A stretch of 64,000 nt of DNA from Botryllus schlosseri (GCA_051294905.1 CM119372.1:6016001-6080000), one strand, 5' to 3'. Counted from the first letter of the stretch, positions 14,248 through 27,637 are shown. A program made the numbers and translations. Notes: a model not told the origin generated them from the letters alone.

Positions 14248-16059
14248 GCAGAGACTCAAATACAGTATCGTGAGACTGGTTAAAGAAGCACAATGTCGGT
14301 AGGACTGGGATTGATCACTTAATTGAAGCTAGGTCATTGGTTCTCCAGCTTTTTGGTCTTGAGGCACGCGATCAATAAGATAAACAGTTCAGAGCACCTC
14401 AGCACTGGATCAACTTAGTAGGTTTCAGCATTGACAATAACGTACAAAATAGCACCTAATAAGATGTAGGCTATAAATGCTGTCAATAGGAGAATGTAGT
14501 CGAGCTACTGTGTAACCCGTGTGAATTTATAAATTAGATTGAATAATTCAAGTGTATATTGAAGTTCTGTACCTCCACGACGCTCTTCAAATAACTTAGA
14601 TTGATAATGTAACAATAATAAATGTGTTAGACCCATATCGGAAATGAAGCTACTATTCCAAAATCCTTTTATGCCTAAGCCTACATTCAAAACATAGTCT
14701 GGTACAGCACCATGGAATTTCTACATGTAGCATATTTGCTAACAACTTCCTGACTAATATGCTGCTGTTAGCAAATGAAGGTTTGATCAGAGAGGTAGGT
14801 AAGAGAGAGCATAATCTGATCCCATTTTAGATATAAAATATATAATAAAAATACCATAACACTCTCCACTCGTCGTTATGAATGAATGACTAATCTTGAA
14901 CATTTTAAAGTCAAAATCTAACATTGATAGTAGAGTTGTTGCCATAGGCCTACTACCACTAGTCCACTACCACTGTAAAATTTTTGTTTCAAAAGCTGCT
15001 TCAGGAATTTACAAAGTTGGAGGTATCTGAATCAGCTCATAAATGTGAACAACCTACTTATAAACCCGGATAATCAGTTACAAAAATCTAATATATTGTT
15101 ACATACATCTTTCAACACTCAATTTTGACTCTGAATAACACAAATGTTAAACCCATCATGTCTGCAAACTAGGCCTATACCATTGAATTCACATTATCAA
15201 AGATACTTTATCTTGGAAATCTCATACCGGTATTGATCTGACTATTACAAAACTTACCAGGCTTGTAGCAATTTTTCTCATCTAAGACAGAGCCTTCATA
15301 GAATGTGCTTAGAAATTTGTATTTTTTTCTCTCTCTCAGAGTCAATCAAGCAGTATTATTCAATCAATGGACTGGACATGGTATAGCCTTCTGAGTACTT
15401 AGCTACAAAACTTACTATTCCAAGCATGCAGTACGCTATTACTATCGAATGTAATATGCATGTAATGTAATGCGAATGTAATGTTTACATTCGATACTAT
15501 TATTTGACATACCAAAGAAAGGGCAGGATTCTCCAGAGGCCTGAGAATCTTGAAAGTATATGCTCTTAGTCTTAGCAATCTAGACAAAGTGTTACTAAAT
15601 TAATGCATAAGTGTAGTATGGTATATAAGCATAACTTACCAAATTCGTATGTTATTAATCTATAGCAGAGATTGTATAGCAGATATTGTACTGTAGCAGA
15701 GATTGCACTACAGAGATTACTACAATCTCTATAATTGTACTATCTCTACAATCCTATAATAAGCATCAGCAATTAGCATCATAAAGGGGAACTCCCAAGT
15801 TTGTTTAGAGTTATTTATTTACACCATCTAGCGTCGAGTATTCACACCATTCTAGGTCTCAGATTCCCAATAATTCCCGAATAATAAACGCCGCTGATCA
15901 ATCTTATATCGTGTCCCGGATATATGGAATTACATTGCGTTAAAACTGATTGATTGGTTGATTAACCCTGGAGGATATGTCTTCAGCGATTTTACAGGGT
16001 TCCGCCGTGAATTTGAATTTCATTTACTTCTGTCATATTAAAGTTACGTATAGTTTTAC

Positions 16060-18683
16060 CATAGTGTCCTATATGGTGTCGACACAAGCAAATCGCACGG
16101 TTCAATGAAATTGTATCACGTCACAGTTTCCATTTGGCTACAGGCAATTTGACGGTGATTTTTGACCGGCTTGCCGAGCATTAAATTTGATGAATCGGGT
16201 ATCAATCGAAAGCTGACTCTGCACTGATTACGAAAATATAAATTTTATTCCGCTCGCGGCCCTGGAACCCCCACAATCAGCCCCAAATTATTCATTGTCG
16301 AGTAGATTGGCAGTGTGACGCAACAATGCTGTCGGGCGAAACGAGAGACTAGCTCAAGAGCAAGGATGCGGCCGAGCGGCGAGAGTGGGATCAGCTGACG
16401 TCGCGGCAATAGCAATGTGCAACCGCGCCACAGAGAAACGCTGCGCTGTTGATACTTTTTCTATGCGTTTCGGTACAAGCGAGCACACACCGGCCTTTCC
16501 ATGACTTGTAAGGGTAGAACTGGGTCCACAGAATGTATTAGGGCCCTACCAATTTTCGCGCAATATCCTTCAGCTGATAGAGATATGTAGGCTACAGTCC
16601 ATCCTCAAGATTACCGGACCACGACTGACCTATCGATCTCGCTTCCCATGACATGCCGCCCTATTTCTTGTCGCTTTCTTTTTCTATACTGTATTCTTTA
16701 CTTTCATTCAGTGTGCATGCCTCCTTTTTACTACGCCTAGGCCAAGGTGGGTGTCCGTTTCCATTGACAAATCCAAGTCGCTTCGACATCTTCCTGTCTA
16801 TTCATTGTATCGCATTTTTTGTGGTGTATTGAACTGATAAAATTGCTAATAAACCAATGATGATGATGATGACATTGGATATGTCAGATTATTATGATAT
16901 CGATTGCCTTAGCCCGCTTGTTGGGTAGGGCTCCAGAGATGCGTGGCGCTGTTGATACCTTTTCTATGCGCTTCGCTAAAAGCGAGCACACACCAGCCTT
17001 TCCTTGACTTGTAAGGGTAGAACTGGGTCCACAGAATGTATTAGGGCCCTACCAATTTTCGCGCAATATCCGTCAGCTGATAGAGATATGTAGGCTACGT
17101 CTAAGTAGTCTACATTGGATATGTCAGATTATTATGATATCGATTGCCTTAGCCCGCTTGTTGCGTAGGGCTCCAGAGACACGTCGCGCTGTTGATGGCG
17201 GGTGTCGATACTTTCTATAGTCGCTTTTATGGTCAAGTGTGAGCAAGGAGCATTGAGCATGAGCAATTGAGCATACATTACAATTAAGCTTTTATTTGAT
17301 CCGTATGGGTAGGACTTGGTCCGCGAATGCAGCAGGTAAAATGTTGATTGTTGAATAAAGTTTAACAGCAGGAGTGTCGAATTAAACTGGTATCGCTGTC
17401 CGGATTCAATCCGTTACTAGAAAGCTTGCGGGCCATACCTGCCAAATGATTCCAAAATGTTACCATCAAATTCATACCTCTGTTTTTCACTGGAATATAT
17501 CTGATATCACTATAAACGTTGACGTTGGAATTTGGTTTAGCATTTTTCAATCACCAAACAGTTTTTTTGAATGCCGCGGGGACCTTTTGCGTCAAAAGTA
17601 ATACAGTGGTATCACAGATATTTGAATTATTTTCATTCTGTAGCCTGTATATATATTCCTAATGTAACTTACGTAAAACGGATTTGCAGTTTTTTTTTTG
17701 CATCTGTGAATAACTGAATGTCCATTGTCCATTCGGCCCAACAGAGTTTGCACTTTTTCGCCTTCTCGGAATATGGCAAGGTCACCGACGTGGTGCTTAT
17801 GGGGACTAGAGTGAAAACTCAACACTGTAGTTGTATTACTACAATATGATATTTTTACATTATCTAAATTTGCTGTCTTGAGTGAATCTTATTACTTGAA
17901 AGTATATTTTCTTACTAGAAATATCTCTAACAGCTGAAGGATTGCGCGAAAATTGGTAGGGACCAAATACATTCTGTGGACCCAGTTCTACCCTTACAAG
18001 TCAAGGAGAGGCTGGTGTGTGCTCGCTTTTAGCGAAGCGCATAGAAAAAGTATCAACAGCGCCACGCATCTCTGCAGTCCTACGCAACAAGCGGGCTAAG
18101 GCAATCGATATCATAATAATCTGACATATCAAATGTAGACTACTTAGACGTAGCCTACATATCTCTATCAGCTGAAGGATATTGCGCGAAAATTGGTAGG
18201 GCCCTAATACATTCCGTGGACCCAGTTCTAACCTTACAAGTCAAGGAAGGCTGGTGTGTGCTCGCTTGTACCGAAACGCATAGAAAATGTATCAACAGCG
18301 CAGCGTTTCTCTGTGGCGCGGCTGCACATTGCTATTGCCGCGACGTCAGCTGATCCCACTCTCGCCGCTCGGCCGCATCCTTGCTCTTGAGCTAGTCTCT
18401 CGTTGCGCCAGACATCATTGTTGCGTCACACTGCCAATCTACTCGACAATGAATAATTTGGGGCTGATTGTGGGGGTTCCAGGGCCATGGGTGGAATAAA
18501 ATTTATATTTTCGCAAGCAGTACAGCGTCAGCTTTCGATTGATACCCATTCATCAAATTTAATGCTCGGCAAGTCGGTCAAAAATCACCGTCAAATTGCC
18601 TGTAGCCAAATGGAAACTGTGACGTGATACAATTTCATTGAACCGTGCGATTTGCTTGTGTCGACACCATATAGGACACTATG
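16060..18683. mobile_element. Non-autonomous foldback DNA transposon, P-superfamily/Galileo-like (long TIRs, 7-bp TSD)
   Basis: Termini CATAGTGTCCTATATGGTGTCGACAC...GTGTCGACACCATATAGGACACTATG. Arms of ~0.75-1.1 kb are inverted copies, each with an internal duplicated block. Flanked on both sides by GTTTTAC. Confidence 0.85.
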
Positions 18684-19083
18684 GTTTTACCATAGCCTTT
18701 ATAAAGGCTATGGTTTTACTTACATTTCCATCTGGTTTATTTATCCATTTATTGTTTTGCAATCCCTTTGTTATTTTTTTACTGCAGATCATTTTTCTGT
18801 GGATAGTTCAACTTTCTTTCCACTGTTCTGCCTGTACCCATCATTTCACTATAGAATGTAAACATTCTATAATTTCACCTTGTTTTCAACATATTTGTGA
18901 CCTAGGAAACAGACACAAAGGACAAAGATTACTCGCATTGAGATGTAGGCACGTCACAGAGATAGCTTATTAGTAGGAATTTTGCGTACTCCTGCCAAAA
19001 GGTTCGGATTCGACTTAAACCAAACCTTTTGGAAAGGTTCTATGTGAACGCGTACGTGAATGCTGTGAACACGAACCTGTGAC

Positions 19084-22000
19084 CAGAGGTGGTCAAAGTA
19101 GTCAAGAAAGCTACTCAAGTAGAAGTAGCGAAGAAAACATCTACTGAAGTAAGAGTAGAAGTACTTCTTCCATAAACAACTTAAAACTACTTGAAGTAGA
19201 AGTAGAATTGACTGACTTTAAATCTACTCAAGTCAGTTTGTGAAAACGATCGTCATTCGTTCGCTTGGATTGTCAAAAGCTGCAAATTGAGCTCTGCGAA
19301 AGTTCTAGAGCTTGATTCATATTCATTCATACCAGGAGGTATCTAATTTTCGACAGCATAACCATTTGTAGCCTACACATCATGCGATGAAAATGACAGT
19401 ATATTGATGTGGAAATGCGATACTAATCCTCTGTTTACTCGAACAGCCCGTTTTAGAAAATATCATGGTATCGCATCCTCACCTATATTATAAGGCTCAG
19501 TTTAGTCGAAGAGCAATACGGAGAAGTTGCATCACATTCGGTGTAAACATTTGCGCGGTTAGTATAAACGTTAATAAAAAAAATATGGTGGATCGTAAAA
19601 TGCTATATTGTGTAACTTGATTTCCGAAAATTAAAGGCATTACTACACTTGCTTTTGCACTTCAACATGCATGTTCTCCAGAAAAGCGGAAAATATATTT
19701 CATGTCTTTTGTCGAGACCATTTTAACGGTGGTCTGCTAAATCAGGGCTAACGCTAAAAAAGTCAGAGCCCACTTTTCCATATTATGACACGCCATGGGC
19801 TGTTAGAATAAAGTAGGCCTATGAAAGGTAAATTCTAGATTGCGAAACGGTAGTTTCAAACGTTATGATGCCCCGTATTTACTGTGAGGAATTATGTCAT
19901 AAGGGCGACGATGCGGTGCGAAAGGGGCCACACAACCTGCTACCTAAATAATAGTCACTCTCGTGAAAACATATTTGTAACTCAGTGGCGGCTCGTCCTA
20001 TAGGGCAACTGGGGCATTGCCCCACCTAAAATTCTGTTCAATAACAATTTAACCATTTATAGACGCACAGCAATCAGTATATACCGAGATCACAGCGAAA
20101 CCCGCATTATTCTTGTGCTTTCGCTAACAAATGCCCATACATAGCGAAGTCTCTGCGAAAATCGAATTCTCTTCTGTGTTTTCGCTTTGTGAATGCCTAG
20201 CCGGGGCTTGCCCCGGTAGCGCTCATAACAAGCTTTCACTATCTATTCTCTCAAAGCCGCGCACAATAAAGAAACGGTGATTTACTCTCTCTTATTCGTA
20301 AAATGGCCGAGCAAGTGGGGCAACTATGCCTGTCGCCCTTAAGGTGTGATGTAACAATCGTATCTATATCTGAACTCGGTTACCATGATATGCGTTGAGT
20401 CGACCTTTGCTGGTATATGTCGATTTTGACGGTGTTTCGCACCATGATAATTCTTGAAACTTGGTATGATATGTCGTGAAGGTGGTATTTAGCACTGCTC
20501 CAAGTTTCAGGCTTGCTACTTAAAGATAAGGGTAGTAATTTCGTTTCCGAAGTTCAGTGTGTGCTGATCTATCATGTACATTGTACAGCAAACAGATTTT
20601 ACTCAAAAGCCGGCATTGGTCTCCATTGATTTTGACGTTCCATACCGAGATCGGTCATGACATTTGGCACAGTAAGTCTTAATGTTAGTATCGACCGCTG
20701 TAACAAGTTTTAAGTTTGTCACTGAACTATGTGGGTGGTAATTTCGTTTCCAAAGTCGAGTGAGAGCTGACTCTTCATTTATCGCTAACAGATTTACGCA
20801 AAAGCCGTTATTGGTCTCTATTGATTTTAACGATGTTCCATACCTAGATCTGTCATGAGCTTTTGCACGGTATGTCTTGATTTTAGTATCGAACGCGGTG
20901 CCAAGTCTTAAAGTTGACGCTCAATGATTGAGGCAGTTATTTCGTTTTCGAGGTCGAGTATGGTAGAGATGCGCGCTGATCTGATACTTAGCCTACCCAC
21001 ATCATTGCGGATCTCACGCAAAAGCCGGTGTCTGTCTGTGCTAATCTAGTCTGCGTTCCATAACGAGATCGGTGATGATATTTCCAATGGTATATCTCGA
21101 TGATCGCATGAAACAGCAAACTAAGTTTCTCGGTTTGCATTCAAATATTCACATAATTTTATGTTCGCCAATGTGCATTTCACTGTGAAATTGTGGCCTT
21201 CAAACCATTTGCTTACAATCCCCTGTCAAATGCGATAGCTATTTCATTTTCGATGTCGGCTAACAGCTGATCATTCGATCAGCCTATTCCTCGATCTATT
21301 TTACTCAAAGTTCGGTGTTCGTCTGTTTGTATTGATTTTGACAGTGTACCATGCCGGAATGGGTTATGAGATTGCGAATGCTACTTCTCGATGATTTCAT
21401 GTAACAGTATGCTAAGTTTACGGCTTTCATTCATGTCTTTATTGATTAATATATTTTCCAACGGCTATTTCGCAGCAGACTTATAGACAGTAAGCCGTAT
21501 GTGTTGCGTCACAATCTCCAGTTTCAAGGCCAAAATGTACTATGTTGTTCCGAGACCGAAGTTCCGAGGCTGCTGTCCTTAGTTCTTCAAAGACCATTCA
21601 AATTGATGTTCTGGATTCAATATGACAGGCCCAATCTATGAGATAACAATTGCGTATGTGTCCGAAGTCGTTGACCTTTGCAGTTAGGCTTACGCAATCT
21701 CTCGAGTTCTAGTCATTGGAATTAGTCTGGTCAAGTCAAGTGCGAACATGAATCGTATTGAATCTTTGCTCCGTACGTAGGCTAGTTTACGCAGTTGCCT
21801 TTAGAGCGAAAATTAAAGGTCTAGAAATTGTCCAGTCCATTGATCCAATCGTACGCCGGGTACCTCCGCTTTGGTTGCCTATCACCTGTTCGTAACTCGT
21901 AACCACCAGCTCAGTGGTCGTAACACACCAGGATCGTGTACGAAACACTTTCGGACGGCCTATCGATTTGCGTATTCTCTAACTCTACTATGAAATCATA

Positions 22001-22617
22001 ACGCATGCTACTAAGGATGACCTGATAATTGATTCGTGGCATAGGGACGATTCTTAGTTCACGTACATTATGTAAAATAATCCTTTGATTAAAAAAAAAT
22101 GAATAAAACATTTGTTACCACACTTCAAGTCACGGCTCACCGGCAAACCTCTCGCGGCACCTACGTTAAAATCACTGTTGTCGGGAAATTCATGTGACCA
22201 TCATATTAAAGTTACTTTTTAACGTTGGAAAACGCCATTGTGACGTCATGTTGATAAAAGTCGCTCGCAGCCCTTGCCCCACCGCCCGATATTGTCACGA
22301 GCCGCCACTGTTGTAACTCCATATCTAGTTTGCGTGAGGCGCGACGTAAATTCTGTGTTCGACTGAAATTTTCTTAAAACTGAAAGTTATAGAAGTCTGT
22401 GAAAACAGCCCGAGAATTCCCCAGATTCTCTTTCTAATTGGAGGGTTACACTACTTCCACTTGACAAACTGAAAATAGCGAAAAGTAATAAGTAGATCAC
22501 AAAATATAACGAAGCAGAAGTAGCGAAAATCTATCTACTTGAGTAAGTACCAGAAGTAGAGGAAAACTACTTGATTACTTCGAAAAAGTAGAAGTACTTC
22601 GTTACTGAATACCTCTG
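19084..22617. mobile_element. hAT-type element with AAGTAG subterminal repeats, split by the 2.3-kb hAT copy 1
   Basis: Ends CAGAGGT...ACCTCTG with perfect 8-bp TSD CCTGTGAC. Relatives at 49701-50337 and ~8801-9010. Confidence 0.8.
19983..22310 (-). mobile_element. 2.3-kb non-autonomous hAT element, copy 1
   Basis: 14-bp TIR CAGTGGCGGCTCGT and perfect 8-bp TSD TTGTAACT. Reverse complement of 32250-34577 (same 2328-bp length). Strand is relative to the other copies. Confidence 0.92.
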
Positions 22618-22780
22618 CCTGTGACGTCATCTTGCTAATTCTAACCATACATTTCCGTAAAGTAATATTTATGTTCACGATACCTAGCGATGACTCAGGC
22701 CACATAATGCCACAATCCTGAAGTAAAAGCTGAATGTATGACCTGGAACAATCAAATGACATAATATTATGACATAAAAC

Positions 22781-23758
22781 CAGGGGTCGCCAATTCAGAA
22801 CGAGTTGCGGGCCAATTTTCAAATTTCGTAGCGACCGCGGGCCGCATGAATTTAATATCGATATAAACTAGGCAACCACGTTTTAAAACTCTACGTCAGT
22901 ACAACGCCGTACTACCTAAAATAGACAACGGAAATAATGACTACAAAAGAAGTAATATTTTACTAAACGAATACAAATACAACAAAAAATCATTATCATC
23001 AATATCATTTTATTTTGTACTATGAGCTGTGCACAATACCTGGAAACACTCTTCAGCGACTAAAGAATCGATATTGGGGCGAGGGGTATACGTTATAGCT
23101 GAAAGACCATTTCCACGTTAAGCTTGATGTTGCAGGGAAGCCCTAAGCCACTTTTTTGAACACGCCCCCTTGAAAAATTTTGCTCCCCCCTTATCGTCAT
23201 ATCACAAAATGCAACCAGAATGCTATAGCAATCCCAACAGATAGTTTGATGACATGGAAAGTTATGACTGTTGATGAAAGAATTGTATAATATGAATTCC
23301 GGACTATCAACAAAATTTGAATGTGATGTGAATTTCGCGGACCGCGAAAAATCTTTTCAGTTGACTGCAGCTCCGCGCCCCCTTCAGTTGCTTTCATTCC
23401 CCCACAAGAGGGCCGCTCCCCCAGTTTTAGAACCACTGCCCTATGCCGTTTTCTAAGCGTCTCGGTCTTGGCAGTGTTTGAGCCATCGCACGTCAAGGCT
23501 ATATACCAGGCACATTCATATCCGCTGATTATTCTCCCTCGATGGAATGCTGTTGCCATCGCCAAAGCTAAAGCTATAGATACGAATAAGTGATGTTTGG
23601 CACATGAGAATAGCTTATTTTGAAACAACAACAACATATGTTGAAACTGTATTCAATTTCAGCATTTCAAAATGTTTTTCGTAGCTTTTTTCCGAAATCT
23701 CAAATCAAGTCGCGGGCCGCAAAATATGACCTCGCGGGCCACGTGTTGGTGACCCCTG
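22781..23758. mobile_element. Charlie/Buster-like hAT MITE (CAGGGGTC termini), carrying a further internal element fragment at ~23150-23437
   Basis: CAGGGGTCGCCAA...TTGGTGACCCCTG; GCGGGCC subterminal motifs; degenerate TSD CATAAAAC/CATTAAAT. The internal piece matches 43488-43795 in reverse. Confidence 0.7.
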
Positions 23759-24058
23759 CATTAAATCAACGATGAGGACTTGGAGAAGAGAATATAGGCA
23801 ATAAGCTTACGCCTTAATAGTCTAGGCTAGACCGGATTGTGGAAAATGTATTCAGAATGCCGTATATTTGAATTTCGATTAGAAAAAAATATACTGAGTA
23901 TTCGCAGAACCGAACACGGCAGATAGCATGTAAGATCAAAAATCACAAATAAATGTATGATTATTCTGAGCAGCACCCCAATCTACATTACGGATCTGTA
24001 CGATATATGCACCATTCATAAGCAGGTCAAACCAGTCTGACAAAGACATGTTCATTGT

Positions 24059-25779
24059 TCATTCATTATAGTCGTCACGTGCTACGGCCCAGTCGCTGTC
24101 ACGTTTTTCGTCCTTCTCTTCTGCGTATCCCGTATCTCCGTAGCATGATCTAAAATGAAAGGATATGGGATCAAATTGTAGAACTAATACTGCTTTAGAA
24201 TAACGACGAATAAGAAACTACATAGTACAAGTATGTCTAATATACTTACGGAGCTCTCTGTATTATTGGCATTGGTGGCATTGGCGGTACTGGTCCACCA
24301 GGAAATGGCATCGGTGGGGGCATCATTCTGAAACAAATATCAGTCTACTTTGTAATAACTAGTGGCGAGATAGCGCAGTGGTATAATCCGCGGCTGCAAC
24401 ACCAATGGGTGCGGGATCGAGTCCGACCGAGGTCGACTTCCGAACTCCGATACCTAAGTGTTGGAGGTTTACCTAGGCTCCTCCTCGCCACCTCATCTGC
24501 GTCAGCGGTGTCTTACAAAAACCTAGAGGTGGGCCGTGCTATAAGTCGGCAGTTACGGAAAATTAAGAGACATATCGGCCTTGTGTAAATGACCGTAGTT
24601 GTCGACAAACAGCATGGATACCCCAAAACAAACAAACCTTGTAATAGAGAAGAGGCACATAGCAATCTAGTATTTTTAGTGCGGACAAAGAGTACTAGTA
24701 TACTTACGGAAGTCTCTGTGTCATTGGCATTGGCGGCACTGGTGGAACTGGTGGAACTGGCGGCATTGGGGGCATTGGTCCACCAGGCAGTGGCATCGGT
24801 GGAACCAGCATACTGAAATAAGCGTTATCTTGCCTGGTTATAGCGAAGCACAAAGCAATCCAATATTTTTCGATAATAGAAATCATTACATTTAGTTCGG
24901 CAGATCTTACTCGGCCGAAGTGTAGATTTACTTTTACGCTATCAATTTACATATATAAACACTGATGAGCACTGTATGGTATAGCCACGCTTCTGACCAT
25001 TATTGTTAGGTTTGTCTATTATTTCTGTGGGTCAACACAACTTATCTAAGTCAGGGGGGGTAAACCTTTTTGCCGCATTTCGATAATTAATGTCGCCTAT
25101 ACGACCGCATTACAGGGCATATTCCTAATGAACTAACTGGAAGCCAAATAGACATGTTAACTGTCCATGTTGATTTTCGGGAAACTCCGGACTAATCTAA
25201 TTTTTCGTATCAGCTGACTATACGGGCCGAAATCGTGAGCGATCAATGGTCGCGCGAAGCGCAAAATTATTTTCAGATTCATGAATGAATTTCGTCTATT
25301 AGCAATAGTTTCCAATTTATCCGTTTTCAGCCAGTGTGATCAGATTCATTGGTAGAGTAGATGGAGGGATTGTTTGAAAAAAACTCAGCGCAGGTTATAA
25401 ATGTCAATGCATCCTCGAGTGGGCCAATTACTAATAGTCAATTTGATAATGTTCTTTCTGGGCCTCTCATCATGATTGTCGATACAGTGGAAAAATGTTG
25501 GAATCGCCCAAACGGCGGCCCTCGCATACTAATTGAATTACGCGTCGACGGCCGCACATTGCCTGCTTCGGCCGCAGACTGGCCACCCAGATCTAAGTGT
25601 AGCCTATGCAACTATACTCATACTCACGGTGCTGCTATTTTCATCGCCCCTCCTGCTACAGCCATTCCCTTCTTGGCAACGCTTTTCGCACCATTTTTAA
25701 GTTTTTTCTTCCAATTCGAATGCGCTGGACGCGTAATAACAACGATGAGAATGACAAATGTAACTAAACGCAGCTGCAT
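24059..25779 (-). CDS. Secreted prepropeptide: signal peptide + Lys-rich cecropin/styelin-like helix + Pro/Met-rich repeats + Gly + acidic tail (putative antimicrobial peptide precursor, 141 aa)
   Basis: Exons 25779-25628, 24812-24708, 24327-24250, 24149-24059; all introns GT-AG, phase 2. Translation: MQLRLVTFVILIVVITRPAHS-NWKKKLKNGAKSVAKKGMAVAGGAMKIAAP-MLVPPMPLPGGPMPPMPPVPPVPPVPPMPMTQRLP-MMPPPMPFPGGPVPPMPPMPIIQRAP-SCYG-DTGYAEEKDEKRDSDWAVARDDYNE*. The gene structure is seen in sequence; the function is inferred. Confidence 0.8.
24364..24637 (+). mobile_element. tRNA-derived SINE (full-length copy)
   Basis: A-box-like TAGCGCAGTGG, B-box-like GGGATCGAGTCC, and a (CAAA)n tail. Further copies or fragments at ~3993-4155(-), 5340-5460(-), 30820-31020(+), 43090-43360(-), 47570-47700(+), 60100-60300(+). 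Confidence 0.8.
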
Positions 25780-26455
25780 TTCGCAATCTTCTGGTATTAA
25801 CTGTAAATTAAGAATGCATGATAAAGGTTGGTCCGGTGGTATAAACGCGTTTTGCTTATATGGACTGTGTGAACTGTTTCCTCTTTAGCTACCAGATGTT
25901 CCAGTCGTAGAATTGATGCTGTGCATTGTCTTATTTTGCAGAGGTTATGTATTGAACATATTGCAATCAGATAGCCTATACTGTGAACAGACAATTATGC
26001 AATTGTCGCTTTCAGAGAAACGGAAAAAAACCATTCAACCAGTGATACAACCAAAGATATGACACGATCGCCTCTAAATATTTATACGACAATTTGTAAT
26101 GAATGCTGATTCTGGTATATCAGGCGTCCAGTTACTAAGAAAAGGCCTTGTTACGGATCAATGTACTCCGAAAAATCAAAGTTTGCCTAATTGCAGTGAA
26201 CCATTGGCCTCTTCCAGTTAATCGATGTCAATTGGCCGATGGTTTGATAGGCTTATTTCGAAGTGCTGAAGCATTGGTTGTCAACTTTTATTCCGTCGAA
26301 CTGCCCAAACTGTAAGCGTATTTTGAGAAGGTCGCGACGCGAGATTGTGGTATCCTGAGGCGTTTTAGCCCCTCCATAGTTTTGATTCGTTCATTGTGAT
26401 AGTATTTTCGTTCACTAAGTCACAGTGAACCAGAGACAACATAATTGCTAATAGC

Positions 26456-27576
26456 TAGGGCGATTTTTTTTACCTAAAAAACGGAATATTTTGACCTAAA
26501 AAATTTAAATTTTGACATTTTTTACCTCAAAAAACTTAATATTGACCAAATGTTGACCTAACGTATGCAAATTAGGAGTTTTCCCATATAATGTTAGAAT
26601 TGTACTACTTATCTTCATTTCTGGTTCAGTCCTTTCGAAGTAGTTTGGCCCAAAAAAAATATTGTGACTCAAAAACTGACGAATTTTTACATGAAAAAAC
26701 TTCATTTTAACGAAATCTGGCCCTATGAAGAATTCCTGTAATTACATCACGTATTATTAGCCAGCCGTCAGGATTACCGGACAACGACCTAGCATCGCCC
26801 TCGCCCTCCGCCACATGCCACCTCATTTTGTCGCTTGCGTCTTATATTCTCTGCATTACTTTTCATTCAGTGTGCAATGTGCAATTGTGCATGCCTCTTC
26901 TTTACTTCGCCAAGGCTAAGGTGGGTGTCTGATCTTAAAGGCTACTCCTAGTTGTTCCGACAACTTCCTATATTTTCATTGTATCGCAGTCTTGTGATGT
27001 TTTGAACTAATGAAAATATTAATAAAAATTGATTGATTGATTATGGTAGAAAAAATTAGTATTTGTTGTAGTACAACGTACGATACTATCCTACATTCTT
27101 GGGTAGAAAGTGTATGTCCTTACTAAGTAGCTTGTAAGAAATGGAGAAACTACGTTCTAGAGCAGCAGTTGTTGGCTGCGTACACTGCTGGGGACAAATT
27201 GTGTTGCTTCATTATTACAATGGTGTCTATATTACAATATTTCATCATGCGCTTCTTGATATAAGAACCATGCAATGCCCACGCAGTCTTGCTTCAGTTA
27301 AGATATTGCGGTACGTTGAATAATACCATGTCAACCTATTTGTTTCATTTGAATGTTTATGATTCACAATGAGCAGACAATGGGTCTACAACGGTAGGCC
27401 TATAAAGTAGAATACAAGCTGTAAAATATCAAATGACAAGCTCACCGACAGTGCACAGTCGACGATACAAACGACATGCAGGTTGCAAAGAATTTTTACT
27501 TTGGTAACAATTTTGACATTTCTGACCTAACACTACAATTTTGACTTTTTTGACATGACAAAAAAAAATCGCCCTG
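26456..27576 (-). mobile_element. Internally deleted hAT element retaining the end of the transposase dimerisation domain; contains a LINE 3' fragment (26770-27041)
   Basis: TAGGGCGATTTTTT...AAAAAATCGCCCTG termini with degenerate TSD CTAATAGC/TTAATAAC. Bases 27060-27190 match, on the minus strand, the QPTT..RSFS..GKLL..DR segment at 44940-45070. Confidence 0.7.
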
Positions 27577-27637
27577 TTAATAACATTTCGCATCTCACGA
27601 AATATATCATTCGTCGCTCCCAAACATTCACTGTGCA

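Noticed and set aside
21911..22111. Identical 66-aa ORF also at 32449-32649
   Set aside because: Lies inside the duplicated hAT element and is interrupted by a stop in copy 3; no coding signature.
24364..24440. tRNA-like sequence
   Set aside because: It is the head of a multi-copy SINE with body and tail, not a standalone tRNA gene.
25361..25888. 175-aa plus-strand ORF
   Set aside because: Antisense to the signal-peptide exon and overlapping a degenerate MITE. The minus-strand reading has proper splice sites.
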